From contig CAVVDJ010000007.1 in NCBI GenBank assembly GCA_963747025.1, positions 30,616 through 94,615 of the forward strand: 64,000 nt of DNA, in the 5' to 3' direction. Under the pieces are notes generated by a model. That model saw only the letters and a list, made by a program, of their open reading frames with translations. It was not told the DNA's origin and made no database searches. Below, piece after piece: positions 48,317 to 58,664 of this stretch. The stretch's first letter is position 1. Each line of letters opens with the position of its first letter. Source of the DNA: an uncultured beta proteobacterium. GTDB taxonomy: Bacteria > Pseudomonadota > Gammaproteobacteria > Burkholderiales > SHXO01. The translations under genes and the position numbers were made by a program.

Positions 48317-48875
48317 ATGAGCTTTGACACAGGAAATAGAGTAGCCAATGAAAACGGTTGGGATCGTTCCGAGCGCGCACGTCGCTTTGACTTCCGACCG
48401 GCTGGGTTGATGCGACACTTTTGCATCATCTTGTCCACACTCGCTCTCGCGGTGCCTTTGACCCTTCAAGCCGCGGGTACCGTCACAGATCAGAACGGCA
48501 GATCGTACGACGTGGAGATCGGCTACTACTACACTGCCGGAGGGAGGACTACTGTTTGCAGAGGAATATGGTTGGAGTTAAACGCACGATTCAGACAGGC
48601 TCGTGTTCGTCATGTGCCATTCCCTCGGACGTCGGCGTTCGGTCCCGAGCCGAGTTGTTTGACTACACGAGTGAGTAGACTGGGAGGCTCCGGCAAGCCG
48701 GCTGCATTCGTTGTATACGTGGCGCCCGACCCGAAGCGTGGGGTCGCACCCGTCATTACCGGAGCAGCTGGCTGCGGGCGAAACGCGCGGGGTCGACTTT
48801 GCAGCAACGGATGAATCCGCTTGCAAAGCGGGCCAACAGTGCATCCCCTGCTTTGGCGGCTGCTGTTGCAGGTGA
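48317..48875 (+). CDS. small exported protein, probably frameshifted, with a Cys-rich C-terminus
   Basis: RBS agggag before ATG 48317 (alternative 48410), signal-like FCIILSTLALAVPLTLQA; annotated frame stops at 48814, the shifted frame ends ACKAGQQCIPCFGGCCCR* at 48875. Confidence 0.5.
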
Positions 48876-49095
48876 TGCAATGCGCATGTGGTCGGCAACG
48901 CACGGGGGGAGTTCGCAAGGCCTAGGGCGACGTCCCCGGATCGCGCTCGTCTGCCCCAAGGGGTACGAGAGCTGGGATGTTCGCCCGAGACTTTAGGGCC
49001 CCGGGCCGCGCTGCCGTCCCCGCAACTCGACAAACGTGCGGGAGAGCCGCAACTCTCCCGCCGTCTCCTCACACCTAAGCTAGGAGGACAGAGAG

Positions 49096-50382
49096 ATGGA
49101 ACTTAATTTCATTGTATGGTTGGCCGCCGGCAAGTCGCTTGATGAGCTAAAGCAGGCACTCCAGGGGCGAGGCCGCGTGTTGAGGCAGCTGAGGATCTCT
49201 CCGCAAACCGTTCTGGTGCGACTGACAGAAGGGGACAATCAGACACCGAGCCAAATATTCCAGGCGGTTGGACCGATCGTTGAAAAGTTCGAGCCGGACG
49301 TTGCGAATATCCAAAATTTCCAGCAACCGATGTCGATCTCAACCAAGCCTGACTGCTTCGCTATCCAGGCAATTCCGGGGGCGTGGGACTTGCTCAGCCA
49401 GCTCGGTAAAGATCGCTTCGGCTCGCCAACACTGTGCGTTGGCGTTATCCAGAAGGACCCCATCGATCCATTGGATCCCCGCCTGGCCGGGACTCTTTCG
49501 GATGGGCAGGCGCGCTTACAGCTGGTGGTCGACTGCATCGACAGCGGCGACGTAAATGGCAGTACTGCCTACAGCGCATTTGTGCGACAACATCTGCGCG
49601 ACTTCTCACATGCTGCGGGCGTATGCGGGATCATCGCGGCGACCCCCGTGGGAAGCTCCCAGGTGCAGGGCATTGCCTCGAACACCCGGCAAGCATTCCT
49701 CCGGTACCAGCCCGGAGGCGCGGCTGCATATGCTGAGCTGCTGCTGTGGCTTTCAGGAGTCAACAACTCCCCGCCGCCAGAGTTGGGCTTGGGCCTCGGC
49801 ACGCTTCAGACACCACGCGCCGACATTATCTGCATTACCGTCGATTCGGTTCTGAGCCTTCCCATGATAGTAGCAGAGGCTGTCGAGCAGGTTACGAGAC
49901 AAGGCCGGGCGGGCAAGGGAACGATCGTTGTCTGCTCTGCTGGAAACGACGACCGGCAAGTGAATTGGTTGGCGGCTCACCCACGAGTCATTGGTGTCGC
50001 GAATTCATGCGTGACATCCGCGGGGAATGAACAACGCTGGGAAGCATCGAACTTTGGTCGCGAGATCGATCTCTGTGCGACGGGGCAAGGTGTTGAAAGC
50101 CTGTCGCTCCCCAGCATTACGGGAGATCTCTCGACGCAAACCTTTGGTGGCACTTCCGCGGCTGCGCCGATGGTCGCTGGGGCAGTTGCCTTGATGCTAT
50201 CCGCGAATCCGCAGCTTACTTGTGACGAGGTCCTCGATATTATCTGCGCCTCAGCCGACAAGATCGACTCAGGAAACCCAGCCGCACGCTGGCAGAACGA
50301 AGGGGGCACCCTGTTCAGTCCGTTGTACGGATTTGGTCGGCTGAACGTGGAAAACGCGGTTCGCAAGGCGGCGGGAGGGTGA
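49096..50382 (+). CDS. S8 family subtilisin-like serine peptidase
   Basis: RBS aggagg; SHAAGVCGIIAA, GRAGKG..SAGND, SNFG..DLCA, FGGTSAAAPMVAG, YGFGRLN; no signal peptide. Confidence 0.87.
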   Translation: MELNFIVWLAAGKSLDELKQALQGRGRVLRQLRISPQTVLVRLTEGDNQTPSQIFQAVGPIVEKFEPDVANIQNFQQPMSISTKPDCFAIQAIPGAWDLLSQLGKDRFGSPTLCVGVIQKDPIDPLDPRLAGTLSDGQARLQLVVDCIDSGDVNGSTAYSAFVRQHLRDFSHAAGVCGIIAATPVGSSQVQGIASNTRQAFLRYQPGGAAAYAELLLWLSGVNNSPPPELGLGLGTLQTPRADIICITVDSVLSLPMIVAEAVEQVTRQGRAGKGTIVVCSAGNDDRQVNWLAAHPRVIGVANSCVTSAGNEQRWEASNFGREIDLCATGQGVESLSLPSITGDLSTQTFGGTSAAAPMVAGAVALMLSANPQLTCDEVLDIICASADKIDSGNPAARWQNEGGTLFSPLYGFGRLNVENAVRKAAGG

Positions 50383-50626
50383 TCCTCTGGGTTGCATAGG
50401 ACCAGTGCTTGGGAAAGAGGGGGCGGTAGAGGCGATGCTCAAAGTAAACGCGACGCTGCCGCAGCGTTCGAGATGTGTAGCAAGAAAGTCCGCTTGAGTC
50501 GACATAAGAGTTGGTCACGGTCGTGCCGATCCAATGAAGGCGAGGGCTCCACGTCTCGCACAGGACATGCTGTTCCAAGCATGTCTCAGCAACTCTTTGG
50601 CAGGCGAAGAAGAATGAGGTATCTAG

Positions 50627-51517
50627 GTGAGCCTTGCTAAGAATGCGCGACCCGAGGGTATCCAAACGCCACTCAACTGGACCGCGGCCACGATCGCGTA
50701 TTACGAGCAGACGCTGTTCGACTATCGCACGGTCTGGCTGAATCCAAGCAACCTCGCGTTTCATTTCGGGTTCCACGACCACGAGCACCGGAGCCATACG
50801 GACGCGCTCGAGAACACCAATCGCACGCTTGCCCGAATCGGGGGGATCCGCGCCGGCGATCGCGTGCTCGACGCGGGATGCGGTCTGGGGGGAAGCAGTT
50901 TTTGGCTGGCTCAACACCTGGGCGCTCGAGTCGTAGGGATCACTTTGGCCCAAAGCCAGGTCGATCAAGCTAGCCGGATCGCGGCTCGACGTCGCTTGGC
51001 GGACAAGGTCCGCTTCGAGCGCGCCGACTTCACCTGCACACCATTTCCGACAGGCTCGTTCGACGTCGTCTGGGCGGTGGAGAGCATCTGCCATGCGGAA
51101 AAAAAAGGCCTCTTCTACCGCGAGGCCGCACGCTTGCTCCGCCCCGGGGGCCGCTTGGTGATCGCCGAATTCATCCGTACGACGCGCAGTCTGAATCAGC
51201 ACGCTGAACGGCTAATGCGAGAGTGGTTGGACGGCTGGGCAATTCCTGATCTCGACACTGAGCAGGAGCACATCGACGCCGCTGCGGCCGTCGGCTTCAG
51301 AAATATCAGCTTGCGAGACTGCACGGTCTTCACTCGCCCGTCCCTCGCAAGATTGTACCGGATGGCGGCGCTGGCTGAGCCGCTGAACGAAGTGCTGCAC
51401 CTTCTGGGGATGCGCAGTCGGACCCAACATCGCAACGTGATCGCGTCCCTTCGACAGTATCAGGCGCTCGAGACCGATTCGTGGTTCTATGGCGTTCTCT
51501 CCGCTACGAAGCAATGA
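50627..51517 (+). CDS. SAM-dependent methyltransferase (gamma-tocopherol/sterol C-methyltransferase-like)
   Basis: FHFGF, VLDAGCGLGGS, GITL, SFDVVWAVESICHA, LRPGGRL, LDGWAIP. Confidence 0.88.
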   Translation: MSLAKNARPEGIQTPLNWTAATIAYYEQTLFDYRTVWLNPSNLAFHFGFHDHEHRSHTDALENTNRTLARIGGIRAGDRVLDAGCGLGGSSFWLAQHLGARVVGITLAQSQVDQASRIAARRRLADKVRFERADFTCTPFPTGSFDVVWAVESICHAEKKGLFYREAARLLRPGGRLVIAEFIRTTRSLNQHAERLMREWLDGWAIPDLDTEQEHIDAAAAVGFRNISLRDCTVFTRPSLARLYRMAALAEPLNEVLHLLGMRSRTQHRNVIASLRQYQALETDSWFYGVLSATKQ

Positions 51518-54500
51518 CCAGTTCTCTGCAACAGTTCCTGTCCGGGCGACCTGACCCGTTTGTGCCCGGCTACCGCGTTCTAGCACGCGCGTGGGACGAT
51601 CTGCGCACGATCGTTTTCAGCGCCGAAGACCTGCGGACGGGCGCCCGCGTGCTGATCAAGGTGCCCAGGTCGCAGCATCCATCGGCACAGGACCTCGAGC
51701 AGCTGCGGCGCGACTACGAGATCGGCAAATCGATCGACTCCGAGCATGTTGTCAAACCGCTCGCCCACCTCGCGCATGAGGGCGGCCACTTCGTCATCGT
51801 CGACGACGACGGCTCACGGCCCATCGGCGAATCTTTCGATGCCGGTGGGCGGAGCCTGCTGCCGTCTCTGGAGTTCGGCGTGCGGCTCGCCGACGGCGGT
51901 CGAATCGCTGCACCGCTCCCATGTCATGCACAGGAACCTCAATCCGTACAGCATCTGGCTGCACCCGCGCGACTCGAGTATCCGGATCACGGACTTCTCG
52001 CTCGCCTCCAACGCGGCGGTTGAGGGGCCACGGCTCCAAAGCGCTTCGCGGCTGGAAGGAGATCTGCGGTACATCTCTCCGGAGCAGACGGGGCGCGTCA
52101 ACCGTGCAGTCGATTTCCGCAGCGACTTGTACTCGATCGGCGTGCTGATGTATCAGGTGTCTGCTGGGCGCGCCGCCATTCGACTCACAGGACGTGCTGG
52201 AAGTGATACACGCTCATCTCGCGCGCATTCCGCCCTCGCCGCATACGTTGAACCCGGCGATCCCCCCGCCGGTTTCCGACATTGTCATGAAGCTGCTGTC
52301 GAAGGCCGCAGAGGAACGCTATCAGAGCGCGCGGGGGTTGAAGGCGGATCTGGAGGAATGCCTGAATCAGTGGCGCGCGCGAGGCACCATCAGCGGCCTG
52401 GCAGTGGGCGCGCGCGATTCGTCGGCGTCCTTCCGGGTATCCCGCAGGCTCTACGGGAGGGGAGATCAGCTCGACTTCCTGCTGGAATCCTTTGATCGAG
52501 TGTGTCGAGGGATGACTGAAGTCGTTGTGGTGTCGGGCCCGCCCGGAGTCGGTAAGTCGCAGCTGGTCAAGGCTCTGCAAGGACAAGTCCGTGAGCGCGG
52601 CGCCTTCATCTCGTCCAAGTTCGATCAGTTCAAGAAGAACGAGCCTTACTCCTTCATCATTCAAGCGTTCACCGAGCTGGTAACGCAAATCCTCGCCGAA
52701 CACGACCAGCGCATCTCGCACTGGAAGCAAAGGCTGACCGAGGCTCTGGGGGCAAACGCGAGGGTGATCACGGAGGTGATTCCCGAGGTCGAGCTGATCA
52801 TTGGACCGCAACCGCCGATCCCCGAGCTCCCGCCCAAGGAAGCACGCAACCGGTTCAACCGCGTGCTGCGTCAATTCGTCCGGGTGTTCGCCAGAGATGA
52901 TCATCCGTGCTCCATCTTCCTCGACGACCTGCAATGGGTGGATTCGGCGTCCTTGAACCTGGTGAAGATTCTGGTGACGGACCCGGAGGTCAATCACCTC
53001 CAACTGATCGGGGCGTATCGCGACACCGAGGTTGGTGATTCCCACGACGTAATGCTTGCGCTCAATCAGTTGCGGGTCGCGAATGTCGAAGTGCGCGAGC
53101 TTCGGCTCGCTTGCCTCGACGTCGGTCAGGTTACCGATCTGCTGGTGGACACGCTTGGCTGCGAGCCTCACGATGCGCACCCCTTAGCGGAACTCGTACA
53201 CCAGAAGACGGGCGGCAACCCGTTCTTCGTCAATCAATTCCTCCTGTTCCTGCAGCAGGACGAGCTGATTCAGTTCGACTATCGCGCCGGCAAGTGGGTC
53301 TGGGATCTCCGCCGCATCTGGGCGCTGGGGATCACCGACGACGTGGTCGAGCTTATGAATCGCAAGCTCAACACCCTTCCCGCCTCTACACGTGAAGCGC
53401 TGAAGGTCGCAGCCTGTCTCGGCAACCGCTTCAATCTGGCCGATATCGCGCTGGCTCTGGAGGAGTCGGTGCACGTGGCCTTCGAGTCGGTTCTCGCAGC
53501 CATGCGCGAGGGACTTATCGTCGCCGCGGACGGGGAAGCCGGCGAGGGCATCGGCGAACGCGCTTTCGACCGGATCGTCGACGACGGATCATTGCGCGAC
53601 ACCGCGCTGCGCTTTCTGCACGACCGCGTTCAGCAAGCCGCCTACGCGCTGATCACGCCGGAGGACCGTCCGCGACTTCACTTCAAGATCGGAAGGCTGC
53701 TGCTCGCCAGCCTTTCCGCGAGTCAGCGCGAAGCGATCCCGTTCGCAATCCTCGACAACCTCAACTACGGCGCCGATCTCCTGCACAGCAGCCCGGAGCG
53801 AGAGGAGATGGCGAGGCTTAATCTGCTCGCCGGGCAGCGCGCTCGAGAGTCGACCGCCTACCAAGCCGCCCTTGCGTATTTCAGGAGCGGCATGCGGCTT
53901 CTGGACGACGCCAGCTGGAGCCAGCAGTACGAGCTCACCATGGCGCTTCATATCGAGCGCTTCGAATGCGCCTACATGACCGGGAGCTCCGAGGAAGCTA
54001 ACGATTTGTTCCGCGACGTCATCGCGAACGCCAGAACCAAGCCGGAGAAGGCAAAAGCGTACTATCTCAAGATCCTGCTCACCACCAGCCTGGACCGAAG
54101 CAGCGAAGCGCTGGCCCTGGGGTTCGAGGGGCTGCGCCTGTTCGGCCATTCCTTGCCCGCCAACCCGTCCAAGCTGCATCTGTTGCTCGAGATGTGCAAG
54201 GTCATCGCCCTGCTCAGGGGAAGGCGCGCATCCGATCTGTTGCTCCTGCCGCGCATGCGCGATCCCGACCGCCAGGCGACCATCAGCTTGTTCATGAGCA
54301 TCTGCCCCCCGGCTTATTTCCGCAACACCGACCTGATGGCGCTGTCGGCGCTGAAGATCATGTCGATGTCCGTGCGTTACGGCAACACCAGCGTGTCGCC
54401 CTATGGCTATGCGATATACGGTCTGGTGCGCGGCGGTGTGTTCGGCGACTACAAGACCGGCCACGAGTTCGGCCAGCTGGCAGCCAAGCTCGCGGGGGAA

Positions 54501-56748
54501 GACACCGATCTGGTGCAGCGGTGCAAGGTCCAGCTGCTGTTCTGGGGTTTCGTCAACTACTGGCGCCGGCCCGTCGAAGGCAGTGTCTCGATGCTGCGCG
54601 AAACCCTGAAGCTCGCACTCGATTGCGGCGAGCTCCAGTACGCGAACTATTGCATCCTGCAGATCATCTTCTTGAGCCTCGCTCGCGGCGCGAACCTGGA
54701 TGACGTCTACACGGAGTGCACCGGCTTCGAGAGCTTCGTCAAACAGACCAACGACGGGTTCACGATCGCAAGTCAGTGGATTCGCAAGCGCGGAATTCTC
54801 GCCCTCAAGGGCAGCACCCTGGCGAACGACAGCCTCAGCGATGAGGAGCACAGCGAGGACAGCCTGGTCGAAAAGTGGCGCTCGGCAGGTAACCTGACTA
54901 CGCTTTCCTACTACTACATCGTCAAGCTCCAACTGGGGTACCTGTTCGCCAACTACAGCTCGGCTTACCGCTTTGCGCAGGTCTCGGAGGCGCAGATCAA
55001 AGAGGCCCTGAGTCAGATCTGCGTCGCCGAGCACTACTTCTACTGGGGGCTGACGTCGGCCGCGTTGATCCGGCAGCAAGGCAAACGCGATCGGACACTG
55101 TGGCGCCGCGTCGCGCGCTGCCGCGCGAAGCTGCGTCATTGGGCAAGGAACTGCCCCGAGAACTTCGAGCATCAGTATCTTCTGCTCGAAGCCGAAATCG
55201 CGTCCTTGCGCGAACGGACGGTCGAGTGCGAGCGCATGTATGACCGCGCCATTGCATCTGCTCGGTCCCAGGGGTTCAGTCACGTCGAAGGCACAGCCAA
55301 CGAGTTGGCCGCTCAGCATTATCTGAGGACCCGGCGGCCTCATATCGCTCGGGTCTACTTCCAGGCGGCGAGGGGCGCGTTCTCGCGCTGGGGCGCAACG
55401 GCCAAGGTGAAGCAGCTCGACGCCGAGTTTCAGGGCCGTCTCGTCGAGGGGCCGCAGGGCTCTGCGGCGGAGCCACAGCCCAAAAGTGAGGCGACGCCGC
55501 CCGCCTTGGCGAACCTGATCGATGTTGACCTGCTGATGAAGGCGTCGGCTGAGCTGTCAGCCGAGATGGAGTCGGAACGGCTGCTGCTCAGATTGCTGCG
55601 CTTGATACTCGAGAGCGCGGGCGCTCAGTCCGGGTGCTTCGTCGTGGACGAGGAGGGTCAGCTGCGCGTCGAGATCGCGTGCCTTGGGGACGGAAACCAG
55701 ACGAGCCGTGCTGCGCGCCCTTCCGGTGGACGACGCTCATCTCTCCGGTCAAATCGTCAGATACGTCCTGCGGACGGGACAGCAGCTGGTGATCGACGAC
55801 GCTACGATGGACGTGCGATTTGCCAATTGTCCGTACATTCGCTCCGCGCGGCCGCGATCGGTCCTCTGTTCCCCGCTCAGCAAGAACGCCCAGGTGATTG
55901 GCGCCCTGTATCTGGAGAACCGATTGACTCCGGGGGCGTTCACGGCAGAGCGTCTGCCCTCGCTGCGGCTGCTGTCGCAGCAGGCCGTGCTCGCGATCGA
56001 AAATGCCACCTACTACCGCAAGCTCAAACTGAACAACGATGCGCTGCAGGCTGCGCTGCAGAAAGTGGAGATCCTGGAGCGAGTCCGCACCCACCTGACC
56101 AAGTTCGTCCCGCAATCGCTGCAGCGCCTGATCGAGGCGAACCCTGAGCAGCCCGATCTCGAGGTGCACGACGAAGATGTCTCGATCGTGTTTCTCGACA
56201 TTGCGGGCTACACCCGCATGAGCGAATCCGTCGACCCGCAACAGGTCGGCACCCTGGTGGAGACCTACTTCTCGAGTTTTCTGGATGTCATCAACAGCAA
56301 CAAGGGCGACGTCAACGAAGTCCTCGGAGATGGGTTGATGGTCATATTCCGCCACCCTGATCCAACTGAGCATCCGGTGCTGGCTGCCCGCGCGGCGCTC
56401 GGCATCCGGGACCGGACCAAGCAGCTCAACGCCGCGTTGCGCGGCACCTTGCCCCCGGTCACGATCAACATCGGGATCAACTCGGGAATCGTGAGCCTGG
56501 GCGCGAAAAAGATCCAGAGCACGTTGGGCACGCGCTGGACCTATGCCGCTAGCGGAACGGTGACGAATCTCGCCGCGCGGATCGGTGCGTCGGCGACCAA
56601 TGGAGCCATCCTGGTAAGTGAGGTTACGGCACGGCGCATGGCGGGGCGCTTCGAGCTGCTGGATCTCGGCCCGCAGCGATTCAAGGGTGTAGCCAAGCCG
56701 ATCTCGATTTCCCGCATCGTCGGCGAGCGAGCCGAGGAGCGGCTATGA
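51514..56748 (+). CDS. multidomain Ser/Thr kinase-like + AAA(STAND) ATPase + helical region + GAF + class III nucleotidyl cyclase (three frameshifts)
   Basis: YISPEQTGRVNRAVDFRSDLYS, LYGR, SGPPGVGKS, FLDDLQWVD, TGGNPFF, FLHDRVQQAAY, GAF LYLENR..GAFT, cyclase FLDIAGYT, LGDG, IGINSG, NLAAR. Confidence 0.88.
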
Positions 56749-58577
56749 CCAAGGTGGTCATTCTCGGGGGCGGAGTCGCCGGACTGTCTGCGGCGCATGA
56801 GTTAGTTGCCCGGGGATTCGAAGTGGAGGTGTACGAGAAGCTCGACGTTTTCGGCGGCAAAGCGCGCAGTATCGACAACAAAGGTTCCGGGGTGGGTGGC
56901 CGGCGTGATCTGCCCGGCGAGCACGGGTTCCGTTTCTTCCCCGGCTTCTACCGCAACCTTCCGGACACGATGAAGCGCATCCCCTACAAGTTGAACAAGC
57001 GCGGCGTGTTCGACAACCTGCTGCCGGTCCCGAGGTGCGAGCTTGCGCAGGATAGAGAAAACCCGCTGGAGATCCCGATCCAGCTGCCGCGCGCGCTGGA
57101 GGACATCCGCCGGGCGCTGCGCGCCGCTCGACACTGGAAGCGGACCGGACTCGAAACCAAAGACATGCTGTTCTTCGCCGGGAAGATGTTGCGCTTCATG
57201 GCAAGCTGCGACGACCGGCGTCAGAACGAGTACGAAGCAACCTCGTGGTGGGAATACATCGGCGCCGACAGCAGATCGGCGGCGTATCGCAAGTTCCTGG
57301 CCGAAGGACTCACGCGCTCGCTCGTGGCCATGAAGGCCAAGACCGCCAGCACGCGAACGGTCGCGTCGATTCTGACGCAGATGAGCCTGGACTTGATTCG
57401 AGTTGGGGGAACGCCTGACCGGGTACTGAACGGCCCGACCAGCGATGTCTGGATCGATCCCTGGGTCATGCACTTGCGGGGGCAGGGAGCCGAACTGCAC
57501 GCGAACTGCACAGCGACCGAGCTGAAGCTCGACGACACACGCGGCCGCATCGACGGGGTGTGGATCGTCCGCGAGCGCCGCGGCCTGCCATCGATCAGGA
57601 CACTCGTTCGCGGCGACTACTACATCGCCGCCGTACCGGTCGAGGCCATGGAGACGTTGCTCGAAAGGAGCCCCGACCTGGCGGCGCGCGAAGGCTCGCT
57701 CAAGGCCTTGCAGGATCTCCAAGTGGAATGGATGAACGGCATCCAGTTCTATCTTAAGCGCGACGTGAGCATCGTCCGTGGGCACACCGTGTATCTTGAT
57801 TCGCCCTGGGCGCTGACTTCGATCTCTCAGCGGCAATTCTGGGAAAAGAGCTACGATTTTTCGCAACTGGGGAACGGCCAGGTGCGCGGGATCTTGTCCG
57901 TCGACATCTCGGACTGGAACACGCCAGGCGACCGCAAGCACAGGAAACCCGCGAGTCAATGCAACGAGAAGGAGATCAAGGAGGAAGTCTGGGAGCAGAT
58001 CAAGGCCCACCTCCAGTGGTCCAGGGAGGATGCACTGCATGACGACGACCTGGTCGATCCCAAGAACATCGGTTTCCTGGATCCGAGCATCGTGACCCCG
58101 GAGGATGTAGACGATATCTTGCGGCTACGGAGAAGACAGACAGCAGGTGAGACGGTACGCTCGCGAGCAGCGGTGGTCCAGGAGCTGTTGCCGGACACCG
58201 AGCGATTCAAGAAGGCCGGCGCGAAGGTGTTCAACACGGAGCCGCTGCTGATCAACACCATCAACTCACTAAAGGCGCGGCCCCACGCGGTCACCGAGAT
58301 TCCAAACCTGTTCCTCGCTTCGGATTACGTCCGCACTTCGACCGACATCGCGACGATGGAGGCGGCCAACGAAGCCGCCCGGCGCGCAGTGAACGCCGTC
58401 TTAGAAGCCTGCGGCAGCCGCGAGCAGCCCTGCCAAATATTCAACCTCGATGAGCCTTTCTTCTTCGAGCCGCTGAAGCAGCTCGACAAAATGCTGCTAG
58501 AGGCTTCTGCGCAGTTCGACCGATCACGCTTTAAGCGCGATCAGCAGGGCGTCGGAGATTCGCGCAGCACCGGCTAG
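56745..58577 (+). CDS. FAD-dependent oxidoreductase, carotenoid desaturase/HpnE/CrtU-like
   Basis: GGGVAGL Rossmann motif, GGKARS, GEHGFRFFPGFY, VLNGPT, NLFLASDYV, TMEAANE. Confidence 0.87.
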   Translation: MTKVVILGGGVAGLSAAHELVARGFEVEVYEKLDVFGGKARSIDNKGSGVGGRRDLPGEHGFRFFPGFYRNLPDTMKRIPYKLNKRGVFDNLLPVPRCELAQDRENPLEIPIQLPRALEDIRRALRAARHWKRTGLETKDMLFFAGKMLRFMASCDDRRQNEYEATSWWEYIGADSRSAAYRKFLAEGLTRSLVAMKAKTASTRTVASILTQMSLDLIRVGGTPDRVLNGPTSDVWIDPWVMHLRGQGAELHANCTATELKLDDTRGRIDGVWIVRERRGLPSIRTLVRGDYYIAAVPVEAMETLLERSPDLAAREGSLKALQDLQVEWMNGIQFYLKRDVSIVRGHTVYLDSPWALTSISQRQFWEKSYDFSQLGNGQVRGILSVDISDWNTPGDRKHRKPASQCNEKEIKEEVWEQIKAHLQWSREDALHDDDLVDPKNIGFLDPSIVTPEDVDDILRLRRRQTAGETVRSRAAVVQELLPDTERFKKAGAKVFNTEPLLINTINSLKARPHAVTEIPNLFLASDYVRTSTDIATMEAANEAARRAVNAVLEACGSREQPCQIFNLDEPFFFEPLKQLDKMLLEASAQFDRSRFKRDQQGVGDSRSTG

Positions 58578-58664
58578 GGCCGCTCTCTGGAGTCCCTTCC
58601 GAACGCGAGGACGCTTCCGATCATCGGCGCCGGGTAGCGCCAACTCCCGATAGCCACCCTGGTT

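Noticed and set aside
40800-50420. Shared LuxR-type box (ctataactttcggc at 40811, ctatgaccaaagtc at 44781, cataggaccagtgc near 50396)
   Set aside because: Similarity is only about 9 of 16 bases and not palindromic, too weak to call.
53589-55343. Long antisense ORFs (for example 584 aa here, and 32441-33961, 56802-58040)
   Set aside because: These are shadow ORFs expected opposite high-GC coding sequence, with no recognisable motifs.
41073-58577. Pycsar- or CBASS-like anti-phage system
   Set aside because: The cyclases are sensor-fused and the cNMP domain sits on a transcription factor rather than a TIR or membrane-pore effector; no CD-NTase was seen.
40642-58664. Mobile element or prophage boundaries around the signalling region
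   Set aside because: I found no integrase, transposase, tRNA or flanking direct repeats by eye; island status rests only on gene content and apparent composition.
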